From: Isurus oxyrinchus | Lineage: Eukaryota | Assembly: GCA_026770705.1 (NCBI GenBank) | Contig: JANJGN010000038.1 | Coordinates: 1,364,001 to 1,428,000, forward strand | DNA length: 64,000 nucleotides | Direction of reading: 5' to 3' | Shown: positions 49,846-63,355 of the stretch, in pieces | Layout: the number at the start of each line of letters is the position of its first letter | Position numbering within the stretch: position 1 is the first letter of the stretch | Notes under the pieces: generated by a model | Databases searched by the model: none | Told to the model about the DNA's origin: nothing | Seen by the model: only the letters and a program-made list of their open reading frames with translations | Made by a program: the position numbers and the translations under genes

Positions 49846-52800
49846 ATAATTACCTGGAAAAACTCAGCAGGTCTGGCAGCATTGGCGGAGAAGAAAAGAG
49901 TTGATGTTTCGAGTCCTCATGACCCTTCGACAGAACTTGAGTTTGAATCCAAGAAAGAGTTGAAATATAAGCTGGTTTAAGGTGTGTGGGGGGGGGGGGG
50001 AGAGAGAAAGAGAGAGACAGAGGTGGAGTGGGGTGTGGTTGTAGGGACAAACAAGCAGTGATAGAAGCAGATCATCAAAAGATGTCAACAACATAGGTGT
50101 TAAAGTTAAAGTTGGTGATATTATCTAAACAAATGTGCTAATTAAGAATGGATTTCTCGGACTGCTGTTCCCGTCACATTCTGAAATCCACACTCAGTGC
50201 CATGCGGCGCCATATGAACACACTCGACCTCTCCCTCCAGCAGCACCGCCGTACCCTTTTTCAAAGCTGCACGTGCCCCCAGTTTCATTTTATCCTTCGG
50301 CTCATCCGACGCCTCAACAAGAAACTTTTTCTCTTTCTCCCAAGTGCTAAGGAACACAAGCTCCAACAACTCATTGACACCAACACCCATCTAGTACCCC
50401 CCACCCCGGCCTGTCCCTCCGTCCCCACCCCATCTTCCAATCCCAACACCAGCCATGTATTCACTATACCCCCTGACCTTCCCCTCTCCGATGCTGAACG
50501 TTCAGTGCTCAGCAAAGGACTTAGTTTCATACCCTTACGCCCTCACCTCAATGAATTTCGGGCTCGGCACGATGCTGAACTCTTCTTCTGCCGTCTTCGT
50601 CTCCAGGCTCACTTCTTTGGGCAGGAGTCCTCTCCCAGTTCAACGGATCCTTTGACCCATCTCCAATATTCTCCCTCCACCTGGACCCCTCCTTCTGGAT
50701 TCTTACCTTCTCTTGATCTTTTCATTGAGAACTAGCAGCACGACATTAGTCGTCTCAATTTCTCCGCTCCTCTCACCCATTCTAACCTGTCTCTCTCTGA
50801 ACTTACTGCACTCCATGCTTTCAGGTCCAACCCTGACATTGTCATCAAACCCACTGACAAGGGTGGTGCTGTTGTTGTCTGGCGCACTGACCTCTACCTT
50901 GCGGAGGCTGAGCGTCAACTCACAGACACTTCCTCCTACCCCTCCCTGGACCATGACCCCACCACTGAACATCAAGCCATTGTTTCCAGGACTGTCACTG
51001 ACCTCATCTCCTCTGGGAATCTCCCTCCCACAGCTTCCAACCTGATAGTCGCCCAACCTCGGATGGCCCGCTTCTATCTCCTACGCAAAATCCACAAACA
51101 GAACTGCCCCGGTAGACCGATCGTCTCAGCTTGCTCCTGCCCCACAGAACTCATTTCTCGTTATCTTGACTCCCTTCTCTCTCCCCTTGTCCAGTCCCTT
51201 CCCACCTACATCCGTGATTCCTCTGACACCTTACGTCACATCAACAATTTCCAGTTCCCTGGCCCCAACCGCTTCCTCTTCACGATGGACGTCCAATCCC
51301 TCTACACCTCCATCCCCCACCAGGATGATCTGAGGGCCCTTAGCTTCTTCCTCGAACAGAGGCCTGAAAAATCCCCATCCGCAAACTACTCTCCTCCGTC
51401 TGGCTGAACTTGTTCTCACGCTGAACAATTTCTCCTTCAACTCCTCTCACTTCCTCCAAATAAAAGGTGTGGCTATGGGTACCCACATGGGCCCCAGCTA
51501 CACCTGTCTCTTTATGGGGTACGTGGAACATTCCTTGTTCCAGTCCTCCTCCGGCCCCCTTCCACAACTCTTTCTCCGGTACATCGATGATTACTTCAGT
51601 GCTGCTTCATCCTCTCGTCGGGACTTAGAAAAATTTATTGATTTTGCTTCCAATCTCCACCCCTCCATCATTTTCACGTGGTCCATCTCTGACACTTCCC
51701 TTCCCTTCCTTGACCTCTCTGTCTCAATCTCTGGTGATAGACTGTCCACCAATATTCATTACAAACCCACCGACTCCCACAGCTACCTCGACTACAGCTC
51801 TTCACACCCCGCTTCCTGTAAGGACTCCATCCCATTCTCTCAGTTCCTTCGCCTCCGTTGCATCTGTTCTGATGATGCTACCTTCAAAAACAGTTCCTCT
51901 GACATGTCCTCCTTCTTCCTTAACCGAGGTTTTCCACCCACAGTCGTTGATAGGGCCCTCAACCGTGTCCGGCCCATCTCCCGTGAATCTGCCCTCATGC
52001 CTTCTCCTTCCTCCCAGAAACATAATATGCTCCCCCTTGTCCTCACTTATCACCCCACCAGCCTCCGCATTCAAAGGATCATCTCCGCCATTTCCAGCAT
52101 GATGCCACCACCAAATACATCTTCCCTGCACCCCCCCGGCGGCATTCCGTAGGGATCATTCCCTCCGGGACACCCTGGTCCACTCCTCCATCACCCCCTA
52201 CTCCTCAACCCCCTCCTTTGGCACCTCCCCATGCCCACGCAAAAGATGCAACACCTGCCCCTTCACTTCCTCTCTCCTCACTATCCAAGGGCCCAAACAA
52301 TCCTTTCAAGTGAAGCAGCATTTCACTTGCATTTCCCCCAACTTAGTCTACTGCATTCGTTGCTCCCAATGTGGTCTCCTCTACATTGGAGAGACCAAAC
52401 GTAAACTGGGCGACCACTTTGCAGAACACCTACGGTCTGTCCGCAAGAATGACCCAAACCTCCCTGTTGCTTGCCATTTTAACACTCCACCCTGCTCTCT
52501 TGCCCACATGTCTGTCCTCGGTTTGTTGCATTGTTCCAGTGAAGCCCAACGCAAACTGGAGGAACAGCATCTCATCTTCCGACTAGGCACTTTACAGCCT
52601 TCCGGACTGAATATTGAATTCAACAACTTTAGATCTTGTCCACCCTCATCCATCCCCACCCCCTTTCTGTTTCTTCCCCCTTCCTTTTGTTTTTTCCAAT
52701 AATTTATACAGACTTTTCTTTTCCCAAGTATTTCCATTATTTTTAAATCTTTTATGCCCCCCCACCACCACTAGAGCTATACTTTGGGTGCCCTACCATC

Positions 52801-53100
52801 CATTCTTAATCAGCACATTCGTTTAGATAATATCACCAACCTCAACACCTCTGTGTGCTTTTGTTCTTCAGTCTGTGACATCTTTTGATTATCTGCTCCT
52901 ATCACTGCTTGCTTGTCCCTGCAACCACACCACCCCTCCACTTCTCCCCCCCCCCACCTTAAACCATCTTATATTTCACCCGTCTTCTTGGATTCAACCA
53001 GTACTGCTGAAGGGTCCCGAGGACTCGAAACGTCAACTTTTTTCTTCTCCGTCAATGCTGCCAGACCTGCTGAATTTTTCCAGGTAATTCTGTTATTGTT
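49846..53100 (+). mobile_element. Penelope-like retroelement, near full length, with inverted 5' pLTR
   Basis: Inverted tail fragment 49846-50150, then a broken ORF (50148-50735, 51063-51407, 51469-52152, 52310-52702) closely similar to the 42363-43727 protein, then the 3' tail. Confidence 0.92.
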
Positions 53101-53644
53101 TAGCATTTATTACCCATCCCCAGGTAAGGGCAGCAGGTTTCCCTCCGTAAAGGACATTAGTGACCCAGATGGGTTTTTACAACAATCTCCAATAGTTTCA
53201 TGGTCACCATTGGACTTTTAATTCCAGATTTTTATATTACATTCAAAATCAATAACATTGTGGATCCTGTCAAAGTCCTGGTTCAGTTGTAAATATATAA
53301 AATCCCTCTCCTTCCTCCTGCACTTCCCACCCACTCCCCACTCCCCCCCCAACCCCCGCCAACCCCTCCACCGCCCACCCACAGCCTCCCTCTCTCTCTC
53401 TCTGCCTCTCTACATAGAGGCCAGGGTCTCATGTAGGCCTTGACTGGGTTGCAGGTTCCCTTCCCTGAAGGACATTAGTGAACCAGCTGTTTATTTATGA
53501 CAATCCAGCAGTTTTCATGGTCACTTTTTCCTCGTGCCGGCCCCACAAATGACCAGATTCATTCAGCTCAATTTCACAACCTGCCTTTGTGTTTTTGTGG
53601 GTTCTCTCTCACTCCCTTTTTTCTGTTTTAAATCAGTTTCACAG

Positions 53645-54626
<982 letters not shown>

Positions 54627-54789
54627 TTGGGCTTTTCTCTTACTCACATCCAGGACTGAGGCATGTTCAATAGGTCGGTTTCTGTTGATCTTAATAAATC
54701 CCAGCCCAGTTATAGGGGTTAAATTATGTTATTGAAGCGCTTTGTGTTAAACAGCATATTGATTTTTTTTAGTATCTCTGATACAAGTT

Positions 54790-55340
54790 AGTGTCCTTCG
54801 AAGGGCTCTCCCTCTCCCCTGTCTCCTCCATCCTCACCTCCAACAACAAGTGTGAGGAGCTCATGGAGCTTCTTTGTCACTAAGATTGAGACAATCTGAT
54901 CAGCTGCCTCTGCTGCTTCTCTCCCTCCCACTAGCCCACTGGGACAAACTGTCTCTAAAGATCTGCCCTCTCATCTTGAACTCACACCTTCCTTTAGGTT
55001 TTTCTCCATTACACCATTACACCCCTCCGTCTTCTCAATGCTCACCTTGTCCATGAGACCTGCTCTATTGACCCTATTTCCAATAAACTGCTATCAGTGA
55101 GAAGAATGTTGGATGAAGGTTTATGAAGGGTGGAAGATGGGCGACCAGCCAGAGGAGCATAGGAGTAGTCGACTCTGGAGGTAAGAGGGGCATGGATGAC
55201 GATTTCAGCAGGAAATTCACTAAAGGGTGTTGGGGAGAACTGATATTCCAGAGGTGGATGGAGGTGATCTCCCTGATGGAGAGGATGTGTAGTCAGTAAC
55301 TCAGCCCTCAGTTTAGGGTCTAATAGGAAACTGAGGCTGC
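54790..55340. mobile_element. L2-type LINE fragments
   Basis: aagtgtgaggagctcatggagcttctttgtcactaagattgag (+) and VIHAPLTSRVDYS (-), typical of the L2 ORF2 C-terminus. Confidence 0.55.
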
Positions 55341-57259
55341 AATTGGTCTGGATTAGCCACAGACCATAGGCAGGGAGAAGGGTGGAGACAGTGATGAAAG
55401 AAACAGATTTTATGATGGGGAGATTTGTGAGCTGGATCATTAATCCATCTCCTTGACTGTAGTTGTGTGGACCTGAGCATTAATTCACCTCTGCCGTAAA
55501 GGACTACATGACAGAAACAGTCATTCAATTCAATCGCAATGTGTTCATGAAAATTTCCACTCACCAATTGGACTTTCAAGGATGATGATAATTTTCCACG
55601 TGACAGAATGTGCCCTGTCAATGACCACAGGAGCCCAGTGAGCATGTGCAGCACTGGGTTGTCCTCTGAGCATGTGCAGTGGGGGAGATGAGCAGCATTG
55701 CAGAGAGGAAAATGGAGAAGAGGATTGGTGCGATGTCACAGCCTCATTTGACCCCACTTTTCACTGAGATAGGGGAATGGTTCTTTTAGCAAATTCAGCG
55801 GACATGGGAAAGTTGGATGGTCAGTATTGAGTAGGAATAGGGTGGATGGAGCAGGAGTTGGGTCCCATGGGCAAGATCAGCCCTGAGAGGGCAGGAGGGA
55901 GATTGGAGAGAAACTAAAGGAAGATATGGGTTCACGTGGATGTGGAACATCAAGATCAGGAGCCAGTAGAAGATTATTTATTGAATAACAGAGAATATAA
56001 AGTCCGGAATAAGACCATTTTGTTCAACGAGTTTGTGCTGGTGTTTATATTTCACCCACGTTTCCTTCCATTCCATCTGCCTCCTCCCAGCCTTTCAGCT
56101 TCTCCTCCTCATGCCTTTTCTCTCATTCACTCATCCCGTTTCCTTTTGAAAACATCGAAGCTGTTTCACCTCACCCACCTCCTGTGGCAGTGCATTTCAC
56201 ATTTACTCTGAGTAAAGACACTTCCCCTTGTTTCCCTGTTGGATTTAGTAGCAACTATCCTGTATTTATGGCCCTAGGTTTTGATTCTCCCACAAGTGGA
56301 AACATTGGCTCCACATCTACCATATACATTCCATCATCATTGAAAAGGCCTCTTTATGTCACCTCTAAGTCTTCTCTTGTCGAAAGAGAAAAGCCCCAAC
56401 CAGTTCAATCTTTCCCAATAACTGTAATCTCTCATTTCTGATATCATCCTTGTCTATCATGTATCCTTGCATCATGTAAATCACCATTGCAAAGTTTATT
56501 GCACTTTCGCCAGTGATTATACAGAGTCCAGAGCTTTGCACTGACTCCTATACACATTGAACATAACTTTACTGTTTCTGAATTCCATTCTCGTAATAAA
56601 TCCCAGTCCTTTGAGTATTTTAGTTCAATTGTTGATTTGCCATCATTTTTAACATTATTTGTTCATGATATCCTGAGGTTGCCTTGCTTTTCTACCCCAT
56701 TCATTCTCTTTTTCTCTAAGGTGTAGGAGATGTTTGTCCTCCTCATACCAAAGTACATCATTGCACATTATCCATGTTAAAGTTTATTTACCACTTGACT
56801 GCACAGACTGCAGGTTTTCTAATGTTGTTTTGTATTATGTTCATCCTTCCTCGGTGTTGGATACACAGCCTCCAGTTTGTTATCAGCTAAAGATTCACAT
56901 TGAGTCCCAATCATGAATGTACATTATGACTAACAGTGGACCCAGCACTGATCCTTATGGATCACCACTTTCAACCTGTTTCCAATCTGAAATTGGTGGG
57001 GGGTGGGAGTGAATTGCATGGAATTCGAATCAGGAAGTGAATAAGATAGATGCATTTCAGGGGAAAATAGACAGGTCTATGAGGAAAAAGGGAATAGATG
57101 GTTACATTGGTAGATGTAGATGAAAAAAGATGGGAGAAGGCTCGAGTGGAGTGTAAACACCAGCATGGACTGTTTGAGCTGAATGACCTGATTCTGTGCT
57201 GTATATCCCCTTTGTAATCTAGCTCTAAATCCACTGTATTATTTCTGTCTGGAAGCAAC

Positions 57260-58440
57260 ATGGCATTAAAACTAAAATCAAACTTTACCAGGCCATTATC
57301 CTGACCACCCTGTTGTATGGAGCAGAATTCTGGATCTGCTCTTGCAGCCACATTAAAGCTCTGGAACACGTCCATCAAAGACACCCGAGGTCCATCCTGA
57401 GAATTAGATGGCAGGACAACAATCACAAATAACGAGATTCTCCATCACGCTGGGTTCAACAGCTTGGAGACCACCCTCCAGACAATTCAGCTCCGATGGC
57501 CAGGCCATGTTTCCCACATGGACAATCACAGAATTCCCAAGCTGATCTTCCATGGGGAAGTGTCTCAGGGCAAACATCAAGGTGGTCAGTACAACCAATA
57601 CAAGGTCACACTAAAAAAGAGCCTCACAAAGTCCTGCGTTGCAGACTGCCTCTCCTCGGAAAACACTGCAGTCGGCCGGCTGAGTTCTGGTCACTACATT
57701 ATAGGAAGGATGTGATAGCACTGGAGAGAATGCAGAGGAGATTTACCAGGATACAGCCCGGGCTGGAGTGTCTGAGCTATGAGGAAAGATTGGATAGGCT
57801 GGGTTTTATTTCCTTCGAGTAGCAAAAGGGACCTGATAGATGTGGTTTAAGATTATGAGGGGCATAGTATGATGGATAGGAAGGCACTTTTTCCATTAGT
57901 AGAGGGGTCAATTAACTAGGAGGGGGAGGGCAGGGGGGGCGGATGGGAGCATAGATTTAAGGTAAGAGGTAGAAGGCTAAGAGGGGAGTTAAGGAGAATT
58001 GATTTTTTTTTTCACCCAGAGGGTGGTGGGAGCCTGGAACTCGCGGCCTGAAAGGGTGGTTGTGTCAGAAACGCTTGTAACATTTAAGAAGCGTTTAGAT
58101 ATTCACTTGCATTGCTTTAGCCTCCAGGGCTTTGGGCCAAGCGCTGGAAAATGGGACTGGTGTAGTCAGATCTTTGTGAGCAGCATGGGCACAATGGGCT
58201 GAATGGCCTTCTCCTGTGCTGTAAATATCTATGAGTGTAGAAGTGGAGGCAAGCACTGAAATTTTATTCAGCGTGTTTTGAGGACCATCTACATCAAACT
58301 CAACATCTGACATGCCCAGAGGAAGGTCAGAGGTGGCACAGGTGCAGAAGTTCACCCAAGCACCACCAACAACAATATGAAAGGCCAGTTCTGTGGATGT
58401 CCATGCTGATCCCACACCGAACTCTTCAGTCAGGACAGGA
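57260..58440 (+). mobile_element. RTE-type LINE 3' fragment with nested CR1 (57680-58240)
   Basis: IQLRWPGHVSHMDNHRIPKLIFHGE before the CR1 and CGCPC*SHTELFS after it; the CR1 has ALERMQRRFTR and a tail. Confidence 0.72.
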
Positions 58441-58859
58441 TCCACAGAAAATGATTAAATCATTTACAGTTTGGACACAATGGAACAATGAGCAGTTCAT
58501 CACAATATTATCCCTGTTCTCCAGATCAGGGGACGATATTTGTCTGTATTATTGCAGTGCTGTTAGTAAAATCAGTGTGAGACAATCTTTTGTTGTGAGA
58601 TTGATTATCTGGTGTCACAAACCACAAGATTCAACATTTAGAGTCAACAAGATGAACAAGGGAACACCAATTGTCCAGCTCAATGTTCACAGGAGAAAGT
58701 CTGTTTTCTAATACCTCGAGTGGACAGAATAGAGAAAGATTCCAACTGTAAGAAACCCTCGAATCATTTGTAAATATCTTTCAAATGTTGACAAGTTCCA
58801 GCTGTCAGACTCCATCACATTGAAGTTAATGGAAGGTGAGAGAGCAGTTATTCGAGAGC

Positions 58860-59370
58860 TTTAAAAAACACTAGTTAGAGCACAGCTAGAGTACTGAGTC
58901 CAGTTCTAGTCAGCAAATTACATGAAGGATGTGATCACACAGGAGAGAGCACAGGAGAAGAGATTTATCTGGATGTTGCCAGGACTGGAGAATTTTAACT
59001 CTGAGGTAAGATCGGATCAGCTGGGGTTGTTTTCTTTGGGACAGGGGAGGAAGAGAGGAGATTTAACTGAGGTATATAAAATTATGAGGGTCCCAGGTGG
59101 AGTGGATAAGAAGGACCTATTTCATTTACAGAGCGGTCAGAACCAAGAGGACAGAGATTGAAAATAATTGGTGGAAGATTAGAGGGGAGTTCAATAATGA
59201 CTTTACTTAGAGGGTGATGGACCTTGGAACTTACTGACTGAAAGGCTGATAGGGGCAGAATACACAGATTTAAAAGGTACTGGGATATACACTGGATGTG
59301 CTGTAACCTACAGGATTACGGACCAAGAGCTGGAAAGTGGATTAGACTGGATTGCTCATTTTCGGCTGGT
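58860..59370 (+). mobile_element. CR1 LINE 3' fragment
   Basis: LGLFSLGQGRKRGDLTEVYKIMR in ORF 58922-59161. Confidence 0.8.
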
Positions 59371-59374
59371 AGAA

Positions 59375-59765
59375 GCTCCTCTGCAGCCGGCGAGGATTTG
59401 GATACGCGCCGGGAGCAATGGAGCCGGCGGCTGGTCGGGAAGGTTTTTAAACACCCGGTGAAGGCCTCAAACCCCGAACAGAGACCTGCAAGTCCTGGGT
59501 TTGCAGCTCCGGGGCTTTTAACCGAGACTAGACCCAGATGAATGGCCGCCATCTTGTTTCAGAGGGGAGCAGGGCACATGGGCGCAGGGCTTGATGACGC
59601 CACAGTGGGCGGGGCTTCAGCGTGCCTGTTCCCAGCCAGGTCCAAGTGCCCGGTCGGTGCATAAATCTGGAAAACAGGTTTTCCCACAGCTTTACCCACT
59701 TTCAGGCTGCAGGTGATGTTTGAAGCGGAGAGGAGTTCACGGGCCTTGTGTATATTCAGAGTGAG
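59375..59765. promoter_or_regulatory. CpG-rich promoter / first exon of ZNF gene
   Basis: CpG-rich; YY1-type GCCGCCATCTTG 59545-59556, TGACG half-CRE, GGGCGGGG box 59607-59614; candidate donor GTGAG at 59761. Confidence 0.55.
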
Positions 59766-59899
59766 AGGCTGCAGCCCCTGTGTAGTTACCTGAAGGGGAT
59801 GATCCTCAACCTTTGGTGACACTGCTGTCCCATTCTTTGAATCTTTGTCTGACCAGTGTGGAGGGGGAGTGGGTAAGTCAGAGAATCTTCTCCTGAAAC

Positions 59900-60130
59900 T
59901 GTTCATGGGCCAGGTTAAAACATGAATTTGCAGATCCAGGATGGGTGACACACATGGGGGTGGTCACACTGGCTGACGACCTCTCTTCCGTGGTCTTGTC
60001 CGTGCCTGGGTGTCCCTGGAGAGGGAACATGCGGTGTCCATCGGTACGCTTGATACCTTCCATAACCAGTGGGCACCTCAGGGTACAGAGTGTCTCACAG
60101 ACACTTAAAACAACATTCTGCTTTAGTTCG
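59900..60130 (+). mobile_element. Tx1/L1-like LINE 3' end fragment in the ZNF intron
   Basis: LFRGLVRAWVSLEREHAVSIGTLDTFHNQWAPQG resembles the Tx1 ORF2 C-terminus (recalled). Confidence 0.5.
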
Positions 60131-60294
60131 GGAGGTTCCCTTTGCTTTTTTGGGACTTTGTTGCTGATTTGAGCTTCTTTTAGTTTGATTGGACCACATG
60201 TTTGGGGAAAGAATGTCCCAAAGAAACTTGAATTGTCTGTTTTGAATTTCTATCCTGTACTTACAGTGATGGTTTTTGTAAACTCCTTTTACAG

Positions 60295-61845
60295 GGGAGA
60301 AGAGGGAGATGATTTGCAGACGGGAAACTCAAACCAAACATCACAACAAGATCTGACCGCGTCACTCGATTCATCAAGACCTAAATATCATTGGACATTG
60401 ACTGTGAAAGGAGGTATATTTGTCTGTTCTGTCTGTGGGCAAAGATTTGAAACATCAGTGTGANNNNNNNNNNNNNNNNNNNNNNNNNNNNNNNNNNNNN
60501 NNNNNNNNNNNNNNNNNNNNNNNNNNNNNNNNNNNNNNNNNNNNNNNNNNNNNNNNNNNNNNNNNNNNNNNNNNNNNNNNNNNNNNNNNNNNNNNNNNNN
60601 NNNNNNNNNNNNNNNNNNNNNNNNNNNNNNNNNNNNNNNNNNNNNNNNNNNNNNNNNNNNNNNNNNNNNNNNNNNNNNNNNNNNNNNNTGATTGTAGAAG
60701 GAGCTTTAACCTGTTACACCACCTGAAACAAAGATCTCACCATGCACAGCGGGGAGAAACTGTGCAAGTGTACTGTGTGTGGACAAGAATTCAACTGATT
60801 ATCCAACCTGGAGAGGCACAGGAACATCGACACCATGGAGAAACCGTGGAACTGCGGGGATTGTGGGAAGAGATTCAGATCCCCCTCTGAGCTGGAAACT
60901 CATGGACGCATTCACACTGGGGAGAGACCGTTTATCTGTTGCGATTGTGGGAAGGGATTCGCTCGACTAACTAACCTCACTTCACACCAACTTGTTCATT
61001 CAGACATGAGACCTTTTAAATGTTGTGACTGTGAGAAGAGCTTTAAAAGCAAAAAGAATCTGCTAATACACCAGCGAGTTCACACTGGGGAGAGGCCATT
61101 CACCTGCTTTGACTGTGGGAAGGGATTCGCTCAGTTATCCAACCTGCTGCGACACCAGAGAGTTCACACTGGAGAGAGGCCATTCACCTGCTTTGACTGT
61201 GGGAAGGGATTCGCTCAGTTATCCAACCTGCTGCGACACCAGAGAGTTCACACTGGAGAGAGGCCATTCACCTGCTTTGACTGTGGGAAGGGATTCGCTC
61301 AGTTATCCAACCTGCTACGACACCAGAGAGTTCACACTGCAGAGAGGCCATTCACCTGCTCCAAGTGTGGGAAGGGATTCACTCAGTTAAGTACCCTCAC
61401 TTCACATCAACTTGTTCACTCTGACAAGAGACCTTTTAAATGTTCTGATTGTGAAAAGTGCTTTAAAAGCGGAAAGATTCTGCTGACACACCAGCAAGTT
61501 CACACTGGGCAGAAACCATTCAACTACTCCAAGTGTGGGAAGAGGTTCATTCAACTAACCTAGCTCACTTCACATCAACGTGTTCACTCTGAAAAGAGAC
61601 CTTTTAAGCATGCCGACTGTGTGAAAAGCTATAAAAGCAAAATGGATCTGCTAACACACCAGCGAGTTCACACTGGAGAATGGTCATTGACCTGCTCTGT
61701 GTGTGGGAAGGGATTCATTCACACATCCCTCCGGCTGAAACACCAGCGAGTTCACACTGGAGAGAGACTGTTCACCTGCTCCGTGTGTGGGAAGGGATTC
61801 AGTCATTCATCCACCCTGCAGTCACACCAGTGTATTCACAAGTGA
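60295..61845 (+). CDS. C2H2 zinc-finger array gene (probably truncated or pseudogenic)
   Basis: TTTTACAG acceptor at 60294; N gap 60464-60688; ORF 60835-61563 has 8 complete fingers; in-frame TAG at 61561, with fingers continuing to TGA 61845; AATAAA at 61991. Confidence 0.8.
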
Positions 61846-62029
61846 CTCCTGGGGTTGGATTCTGCTGTTATTGCTGCTGTTAATCACATCCAGGACTGAA
61901 CCATGTTCATTCTGACAGTTGGGGTTTGTTTCTGCTAATGTTAATAATCCCTGTAACTGGGCTGGAATTTAATACTCTGGATAAAGGTTAAATAAATCAG
62001 CTTTGTGTCAAACATTGTCAACATATTAG

Positions 62030-62560
62030 TCGAGGCATTGAATGCAAGAGCAGGGACGTTATGATGGAGCAGTATAAAGCATTAGTTAGGCCACATTTGG
62101 AGTACTCTGTGCATTGCTGTTTGCCACACTATAGGAAGGATGTGATTGCACTGGAGAGGGTGCAGAGGAGATTCACTCAGGATGTTGACTGGGCTGGAGC
62201 ATTTCAGCTATGAAGAGAGACTAAATAGGCTACTTAGTTCTGTTGAACAGTCATATGGACTCGAAATGTTAAATATGTTCCTCTCCGCAGATGCTGCCAG
62301 ACGTGCTGAGTTTTTCCAGGTACTTTTATTTTTGTTCTAGAGAGGCTGGGGTTGTTTTCCTCAGAGCAGAGAAGGCTGAGGGGGGACCTGATGGTGGTGC
62401 ACAAAATTATGAAGGGCATAGATAGGGTGGATAGGAAGAAATTTTTCTCTTTAATGGAGGGGTCAATACTCAGGGGGCATAGATTTAAGGTAAGGGGCAG
62501 AAGGTTTAGAGGGAATTTGAGGATTTTCTTTTCACCCAGAGGGTGGGGGCTATCTGGAAC
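62030..62560 (+). mobile_element. CR1 3' fragment with a short Penelope-tail insert (62232-62338)
   Basis: The CR1 frame ..EERLNRL/GLFSSEQRRLRGDL is split by a ~100-bp Penelope tail; taggct/gaggct junctions. Confidence 0.75.
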
Positions 62561-63011
62561 CTGCCAGCGAAGCCTACATCCCGTGAATGAATTTAAAAAG
62601 ACAACACTTTCATCCCAGGAATGAACCGAGTGAACCTTCCCTGAAATGCCTCTTATACAACTCCATCCATCCTCAAGATTATCCCATAACTATGTTATCA
62701 TAAGGTGTGAATGGTACGAGCTGGAACTTGGTATTTCTTATTGTTCAATCCATTTGCTAACAGAATCTCCCCCTCCCTTCCCCAGATTCAGACAATGATT
62801 AACTGAGACTCAGTCTCTAATGACGGCCTTAAAAGTGGATAAATCCCCAGGCCCTGGTGAAATGTTGAACTCAGTACCTGGGGGAGTGGTAGAGGCAGGA
62901 ACTCTCACAACATTTAAGAAGTACTTAGATGAACACTTGAAATACCACAGCTAACAGGGCTTTGGGCCAAGTGGTGGAAAATGGATGAGAGGAGATGGGG
63001 TTTGATGACAG

Positions 63012-63355
63012 GCACTGCAAGAATTCACCAAGGCTCCTTCAACAGCACCATCCAAACCCATGATCACTACCATCTAGAAGGACAAGGGCAGCAGACAGAT
63101 GGGAACACCACCACCTGGAAATTCCCCTCCAAGTCACTCACCATCCTGATATGGAAATATATTGCCATTCCTTCACTGTCATTGGGTCAAAATCCTGGAA
63201 CCCCCTTCCTAACAGCACTGTGGGTGTACCTACACTATATGGACTGCAGTGGTTCAAGAAGGCAGCTCATCACCACCTTCCCAAACGCAACGAGGGATGG
63301 GCAACAAATGCTGGCCCAGCCAATGAAGCCCATATCCCATGAATGAATATAAAAA
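63012..63355 (+). mobile_element. Non-LTR retrotransposon 3' tail (MFADD-type)
   Basis: Matches the tails at 24440-24790, 30990-31330 and 36220-36440. Confidence 0.8.

Noticed and set aside
59601-59607. Heptamer CACAGTG (also CACTGTG at 32942)
   Set aside because: No nonamer at the correct spacing and no V/D/J coding flank.
60271-60279. Perfect RSS nonamer GGTTTTTGT
   Set aside because: No heptamer at 12 or 23 bp; it is part of the ZNF intron acceptor region.
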